Assembly: GCA_964631415.1 (NCBI GenBank)
Contig: CAZVZC010000026.1
Span: 1 to 29,420, forward strand
Direction of reading: 5' to 3'
DNA from: an uncultured archaeon
GTDB lineage: Archaea; Asgardarchaeota; Thorarchaeia; Thorarchaeales; Thorarchaeaceae
DNA length: 29,420 bases
In this document: in pieces, positions 25,093 to 29,420 of the stretch
How the letters are laid out: every line of letters starts with the position of its first letter
How positions within the stretch are numbered: position 1 is the stretch's first letter
Notes under the pieces: generated by a model
What the model was told of the DNA's origin: nothing
Databases searched by the model: none
The model's input: the letters and a program-made list of their open reading frames with translations, nothing else
Program-made: the position numbers and the translations under genes

Positions 25093-25641
25093 TCAGTCGA
25101 TTGAAGCACCAGTGTCTTCCTTCTTCTTGACGACTCTGCTTTCGGAGGGGCCTTTCAAGGCAAGCCATATCACGAACAAACCCAAAGGGACGCCAACAAT
25201 CCATGGAATGAACAGGATTAAGAATATCCCGACGCACAAGAGCACACCAGAACCAAGGCCGCGTTCTTCCTGACTAACAACACTCTCAACTACGATCTTC
25301 TCGCCAACTCCTGAAAGGGGTGTGGCACAGTTCTGGCATCTGAATTGACCATCGAGGCTCCTTTGAGTGTCGAAGTAGACATAGGTCGCGCCACACTTCG
25401 GGCACTTGATACTCACTCCATCAATGCGCTCGGTAGTCACGACCCTGCCCGGCGAGCCGCCTTGTGATGGCTCTGCCATGATCTGGATTCCGCCAAATCC
25501 AATTCGGCTATTGCAGTTTTGGCATCTGAAATAGCCCTCTGCGTCTGCGTTCTCCTGCATGTAGGAGTACGTAGCACCGCAGTGCAAACAGGTAATACGG
25601 ACAGTCGTCCCTTCATGACTGTGTGACAACCTTCCAGCCAC
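25093..25641 (-). CDS. Tandem zinc-ribbon membrane protein
   Basis: CLHCGATYSY...FRCQNC and CPKCGATYVY...FRCQNC, followed by a hydrophobic hairpin (VLLCVGIFLILFIPWIVGVPLGLFVIWLAL). Confidence 0.8.
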   Translation of the reverse strand: MAGRLSHSHEGTTVRITCLHCGATYSYMQENADAEGYFRCQNCNSRIGFGGIQIMAEPSQGGSPGRVVTTERIDGVSIKCPKCGATYVYFDTQRSLDGQFRCQNCATPLSGVGEKIVVESVVSQEERGLGSGVLLCVGIFLILFIPWIVGVPLGLFVIWLALKGPSESRVVKKKEDTGASID

Positions 25642-25693
25642 TCCGGATACATATCGTGCTTAGCGGCATATATTGTTTGCTCCCCCTACTGGT

Positions 25694-25762
25694 CAGTCTG
25701 GCTTTGTCGTTCGAATCAGGCCGTGTCGGACTCTCGTAGGATTTGTGACAAAGCCAAGACTG
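25694..25762. repeat. Long imperfect inverted repeat in a divergent intergenic region
   Basis: CAGTCTGGCTTTGTCG (25694-25709) pairs with TGACAAAGCCAAGACTG (25746-25762) with one bulge; inner CGAATC/GATTTG extends the stem. Confidence 0.7.
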
Positions 25763-25870
25763 GCATAGGGCCGCTAGAATGAGAGCAAGTGAAGGTCTTG
25801 CGCAGAATACATTTATCTGTCAGCTAGCCCTCCAACCACCGATAAGTGAAGTATCTCGGGGAGCCCCGCA

Positions 25871-26587
25871 ATGCAGACGATAGACATGATTGTTCGAGAA
25901 ACACACGTGGGTCTTTGGTACTTAGTCGTCGGGTACTACTTCTTCCTCTTCATCTTCTTGTTGTTCTTTCGTTGGCGCAAGACCCGGAATCCCTTCCAGC
26001 TCGCTATGGCATTGTTCTTCCTCTTGCTTGCCGTAGGACGAGTGTTTTACTTCGTAGCGGATTTCTATGCCGATGCCACGTCTCTCTATGGTGGACTTCC
26101 TGGCTTGGGAATAGTGCCTTACTTCACCGACGGGACATTGTTCCTCAAGGCAGGTGCGTTCTTTGAGTGGTCCGGATTGGCCCTCTTGTCTGCGACGGCT
26201 GCCTTCATGATATTCGGAAACCGGGTGGCCGAGATCGCATTCGCGATACCAGCACTCGCGATAGCTGTCATCTTGGCGCTGGTACCTCTGGACCCAACGG
26301 TCAGAATTGGTCTCTCGGGAGGGGCGGGAGCGATATACGCTCTTTTCATACCCCTGCTGTTCTGGTATCTGGCATGGCAGTCTGGTGGTCTGCTGCGTAG
26401 ATCGAACTTCTTGCTCGGCCTAGGATTCATGGTGCTGTTTGCAGGCCGAGTCATCTCCGCAGGACGGCACTTTCTCGCGCAGGCTGTGTTTGGTTCCTAC
26501 ACAATACCGGGCATTCTGTCCCCAGGTCTGATAGTGATTGGCCTGATACTGATCGCCGTCGGCAACGAATGGGGCCAATCTCAATAA
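25871..26587 (+). CDS. Seven-transmembrane-helix protein of unknown function
   Basis: Seven hydrophobic segments counted; short loops; no soluble output domain; TTTATC box near 25812. Confidence 0.85.
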   Translation: MQTIDMIVRETHVGLWYLVVGYYFFLFIFLLFFRWRKTRNPFQLAMALFFLLLAVGRVFYFVADFYADATSLYGGLPGLGIVPYFTDGTLFLKAGAFFEWSGLALLSATAAFMIFGNRVAEIAFAIPALAIAVILALVPLDPTVRIGLSGGAGAIYALFIPLLFWYLAWQSGGLLRRSNFLLGLGFMVLFAGRVISAGRHFLAQAVFGSYTIPGILSPGLIVIGLILIAVGNEWGQSQ

Positions 26588-26635
26588 TTGACTGTGACTG
26601 TCAAGGCCCCTATGCGCCAAGAGTCCGAGCGCTGC

Positions 26636-27277
26636 TTAGTGACCTATCTCCTTCCACTCAAGCATCTTCATGTCTTCGAGCGTCTGCATTGCCTTCTGCA
26701 CGTCCTTGATTGGCTTGCCAAGCTGATCGGCAATCGCCTTTGTCGTCAACTTTCCCTTGCACATCTGAGCAACCTCGAAGGCATCTTGGCTGAGCTGCCC
26801 CAGCCTCACGAGGATGGGGGATACCTTTCCTTTCAGTACGGGCACAATGATTCTCTTCTCTGATGCGTGCCCTTCCTTGGTGATTTCGTCCAGCTTCTTG
26901 ACGAACTTCTCAAAAGGTTCAAGGTTGCCGTCCCAGTCCACCAGGACGTCACGATAGGCCGCGACAAACTCATGATTCACGTCAGAAAGGACAGCCATGG
27001 CCGCATTCGTGTCGTCAGTCTTGTCCACCGTGGCTGTGACAATCACATTGTCCTTCAGTGACAGACATATGTCAAACTGTCCGAAATCTATCGTATGAAC
27101 ACGGTTGCCGTCGCTGAGTTCGCGTCCAAACTGAATGAGGGCGCTCAGGAAACCACTGATGAGGTTGGGGTCCATGTCTGCAGTACCGTACTTCCTGTCG
27201 AGGACACAAAGACCGCTGTCAGCAATCAGGATGTAGACCGCTTGAAGCAATGTAGGTCTCTCCGCTTCTAGGCTCAT
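26636..27277 (-). CDS. Longin-like domain plus C-terminal winged-helix protein (NPRL2-like architecture)
   Basis: VYILIADSGLC, DPNLISGFLSAL.QF..E, F...Y...L..WDG....F..F (pattern of Asgard longins); VPVL then CKGKLTTKAIADQLGKPIKDVQKAMQTLEDMKML (wHTH). Confidence 0.8.
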   Translation of the reverse strand: MSLEAERPTLLQAVYILIADSGLCVLDRKYGTADMDPNLISGFLSALIQFGRELSDGNRVHTIDFGQFDICLSLKDNVIVTATVDKTDDTNAAMAVLSDVNHEFVAAYRDVLVDWDGNLEPFEKFVKKLDEITKEGHASEKRIIVPVLKGKVSPILVRLGQLSQDAFEVAQMCKGKLTTKAIADQLGKPIKDVQKAMQTLEDMKMLEWKEIGH

Positions 27278-27297
27278 CAGGGGTGACGGTTTCTTGC

Positions 27298-27406
27298 TTT
27301 ATATGACTTCTCGTGCCAAACCCATCTTCTTTGCAAGTCCTCCCCATTGGGGGTCGCTCGCCACTGCTTCTCATCATCTGTCTCTTTTGAGCGGCGAGGC
27401 TTTAAA
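27298..27406. promoter_or_regulatory. Divergent archaeal TATA boxes
   Basis: TATAAA on the minus strand (27298-27303) about 20 nt before ATG 27277, implying a leaderless transcript; TTTAAA on the plus strand (27401-27406) 35 nt before GTG 27442. Confidence 0.6.
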
Positions 27407-27441
27407 TCGGGCTGAGGCTCTGGTTTCCGCAGTGAGCAACC

Positions 27442-28140
27442 GTGGACACTGCAAAGGACTCTCGAGTGCTTGTTCTTGAGGACGCGCTACGTCGCCTCAA
27501 CGAAATAGTCGACAACAGGAAGATGAGAGTCCATCTTGAGTACACGAGGATGAGTGAGATCCTTAAGGCCGCCGGAACTCTCCTGTATCAAGTGAAGTAC
27601 TCGTACGTGGAACCGAAGGCCCTAACAGAGATGGATGCTACAAAGAGGCTCGTATCTGCCGTTGCTGATGTTGCTAGTATACACGAGGCCGCAGTCAAGG
27701 CCAGCGCATACAGACCCAAGACCACAAAGGAGATCGAAGTGACTGCCGAGTTCAGCTATGCAGTTCGAATCGTGCAAGGTTTTCCCCGGAGAATGCAGGA
27801 GTGCGGCGACGACCCAGCATATGCGGTCGACATCTTGGCGGTTGAAATCACCGAATTGCGCCCTGTGGAAGGGTCCAAGAACCTGACCGAGTGCAGATGT
27901 ACCGATGGGTCCCGTGTCTGGCGTGTCGTGACCAACATCATTGGTCTCAAACAGGGGGTGAAGCTGCCATGTGCAGTCCTCCCTCCAGTCGATATGATGG
28001 GTGTCGTCAGTGAAGCGATGTTCCTTGCAAGTGAGCCCCTTCAAGCGTCGGTTAAGCTGGGTACCATCACTTCACTGTCCACGTCGGCCTTGGATCAAGC
28101 CAGGGCTCATGTGCTCAACATCATAAAGAGGATGGTATAA
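27442..28140 (+). CDS. Archaeal RNA-binding protein with C-terminal tRNA-binding (EMAP/Trbp111-like OB-fold) domain, COG2517-like
   Basis: MDTAKD.R..V.E.A, KYSY.EP, AVDI, VVTN, AVLPP..MMGVVSEAMFL. Confidence 0.85.
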   Translation: MDTAKDSRVLVLEDALRRLNEIVDNRKMRVHLEYTRMSEILKAAGTLLYQVKYSYVEPKALTEMDATKRLVSAVADVASIHEAAVKASAYRPKTTKEIEVTAEFSYAVRIVQGFPRRMQECGDDPAYAVDILAVEITELRPVEGSKNLTECRCTDGSRVWRVVTNIIGLKQGVKLPCAVLPPVDMMGVVSEAMFLASEPLQASVKLGTITSLSTSALDQARAHVLNIIKRMV

Positions 28141-28479
28141 ATGGAACTGTCCGATCTTCAAAACGCCTTCGCCAAGTTCGAGCAGGAACGCGGCTGGGAC
28201 AAGTTTCCAGCCTCACAGGTCTTTGCCCATCTGATCGAGGAGTTGGGCGAGGTTTCCCGCCACATAACAGTTGAAGAGGGCTACAAGGTCGTGGGTCTCG
28301 GCCATGAAGCTCCGAAAAAAGAGGAGTTGGCGCGCGAGTTCGCGCAAGTGACGTCGCTCTTGTTTCAGCTGGCGAACCACTTCAGAATAGACATGGAGAA
28401 GAGTGTTCAGGCTGAGCTCAAAGTGATGAAGGACAGGTTCCCTGCAAAGGAATGGGCGAGCTACATGGCGAAGCGCTAG
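28141..28479 (+). CDS. MazG-like all-alpha NTP pyrophosphohydrolase
   Basis: ERGW, LIEELGEV, ELAREFA, LAN...ID; starts immediately after the upstream TAA. Confidence 0.85.
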   Translation: MELSDLQNAFAKFEQERGWDKFPASQVFAHLIEELGEVSRHITVEEGYKVVGLGHEAPKKEELAREFAQVTSLLFQLANHFRIDMEKSVQAELKVMKDRFPAKEWASYMAKR

Positions 28480-28724
28480 GAAACCCGTCTGATTGACTCC
28501 AATCCGAAGGTCACAACTATGCGGATGACATCCTCCACCTCTCTCAGATTCTTACTGATGTAATCATTGACTTGCTCCGCATCATGTGCCACCAGTATCA
28601 ACAGAACGTCAAACTCCCCAGTCGTTAGCCACGCTTCTGAAACAATCGGGTCGTTGATGACCTTCTTGACGATGTCCTCGTCACTCCCTGGTGCGACCGA
28701 CATACTGACAAAGGCGGTGATCAT
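28476..28724 (-). CDS. Stand-alone Lrp/AsnC ligand-binding (RAM) domain protein
   Basis: AFV....PG, V.EA...TGEFD..L, 82 aa with no HTH. Confidence 0.88.
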   Translation of the reverse strand: MITAFVSMSVAPGSDEDIVKKVINDPIVSEAWLTTGEFDVLLILVAHDAEQVNDYISKNLREVEDVIRIVVTFGLESIRRVS

Positions 28725-28882
28725 TTCGGCGGGGCCTCCTTTGGCTACTTCGCTTTAATTGCAGCCAGACGACTTTTCCTTCTCTAGTTGGGTAACGAAT
28801 CATGTGCAGCGTTTATGGAGTTTTCGAACGTGACGTGAAACTCCACAAGAACAGCCGCGGCTGAGTCTGCGACCGAAGTCGG

Positions 28883-29314
28883 CTACTTCCTCTTCTTCTG
28901 GGCCTCGAGAGCTTTCTTGGCCATGTCCTCGAGATCCTTTGTCGCCGCAAGGAGTCCCAGTGCCTTGTTCTGGACGGCCTTGATGTTCTTCTCCTTTGCC
29001 CACTGTGCAAGTCCTGTGACGAGGGGGCCCAGTGCAGTCTTTGCAGCTTCGACAGTCCCAACAGCCTTGCCGAGAAGCTCAACTCCCTGATCCTTCTTCG
29101 TTCCTGCCTCAGCCACTCTAAGCCACACCAGACCATGAATCATGTAGAGAGCATCAAGCATGAGTGTCGGGGATTTCGGGTTCTCTTGCACCTTCTTGAT
29201 GAGTCTCTCCTGTCGACTCTCGAATACCTCCTTGAAGTACTCGAAGGCCTTCTTGTCATTGCCCTTGTCAAGCTCAATGATGCCTTTCTGTAGCTTCTCA
29301 TCACTCTCGGACAC
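28883..29314 (-). CDS. Hypothetical all-helical protein, 143 aa
   Basis: GTG start after AAGGAG; Lys/Glu/Ala-rich TPR-like helices. Confidence 0.75.
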   Translation of the reverse strand: MSESDEKLQKGIIELDKGNDKKAFEYFKEVFESRQERLIKKVQENPKSPTLMLDALYMIHGLVWLRVAEAGTKKDQGVELLGKAVGTVEAAKTALGPLVTGLAQWAKEKNIKAVQNKALGLLAATKDLEDMAKKALEAQKKRK

Positions 29315-29420
29315 TCTGAAGCACTCCTTGACTGGGTTTGATTACCGCGTGAAGACCTGTTTCTGCTATTATGGGTTTCTACTCTTGATGAATCGAGCCG
29401 TTGTTTCCTCTGTCTAGGGG

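Noticed and set aside
25871-26587. Microbial rhodopsin
   Set aside because: No retinal-binding Lys motif in helix 7.
1-29420. CRISPR array, rRNA, integrase or viral genes
   Set aside because: No regularly spaced direct repeats or recognisable motifs were seen by eye.

Overview
Archaeal chromosomal window, most likely an Asgard archaeon (Thorarchaeia-like; inferred from a longin-domain protein, a 7-TM protein, PAC2/PDCD5/COG2517 genes, TATA boxes and GGAGG/GGTGA ribosome-binding sites). The left part is an acyl-CoA/lipid metabolism neighbourhood (crotonase 3' end, thiolase + DUF35, second crotonase, metallo-beta-lactamase-fold hydrolase). It is interrupted by an AT-richer three-gene cassette lying between two similar IS-type ends, the second attached to a dead IS5-family transposase fragment. 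The centre holds the best candidate for an undescribed system: a non-canonical FGGY kinase plus a tightly coupled operon of divergent GlpA, GlpB, GlpC, an alkyl-DHAP-synthase-like FAD enzyme and a second Fe-S/CCG protein, followed by a radical SAM protein, a GNAT and an unusual aldehyde dehydrogenase. One hypothesis is anaerobic glycerol-ether (alkylglycerol) catabolism. The right part has housekeeping genes (RsmB, TatD, PAC2, tRNA-binding protein, MazG-like, Lrp/AsnC) and eukaryote-like candidates: a helical protein with a WH2-like motif and a longin + winged-helix (NPRL2-like) protein convergent with a 7-TM protein. I saw no rRNA, tRNA or CRISPR array. All family calls come from motif recognition by eye; no searches were run.
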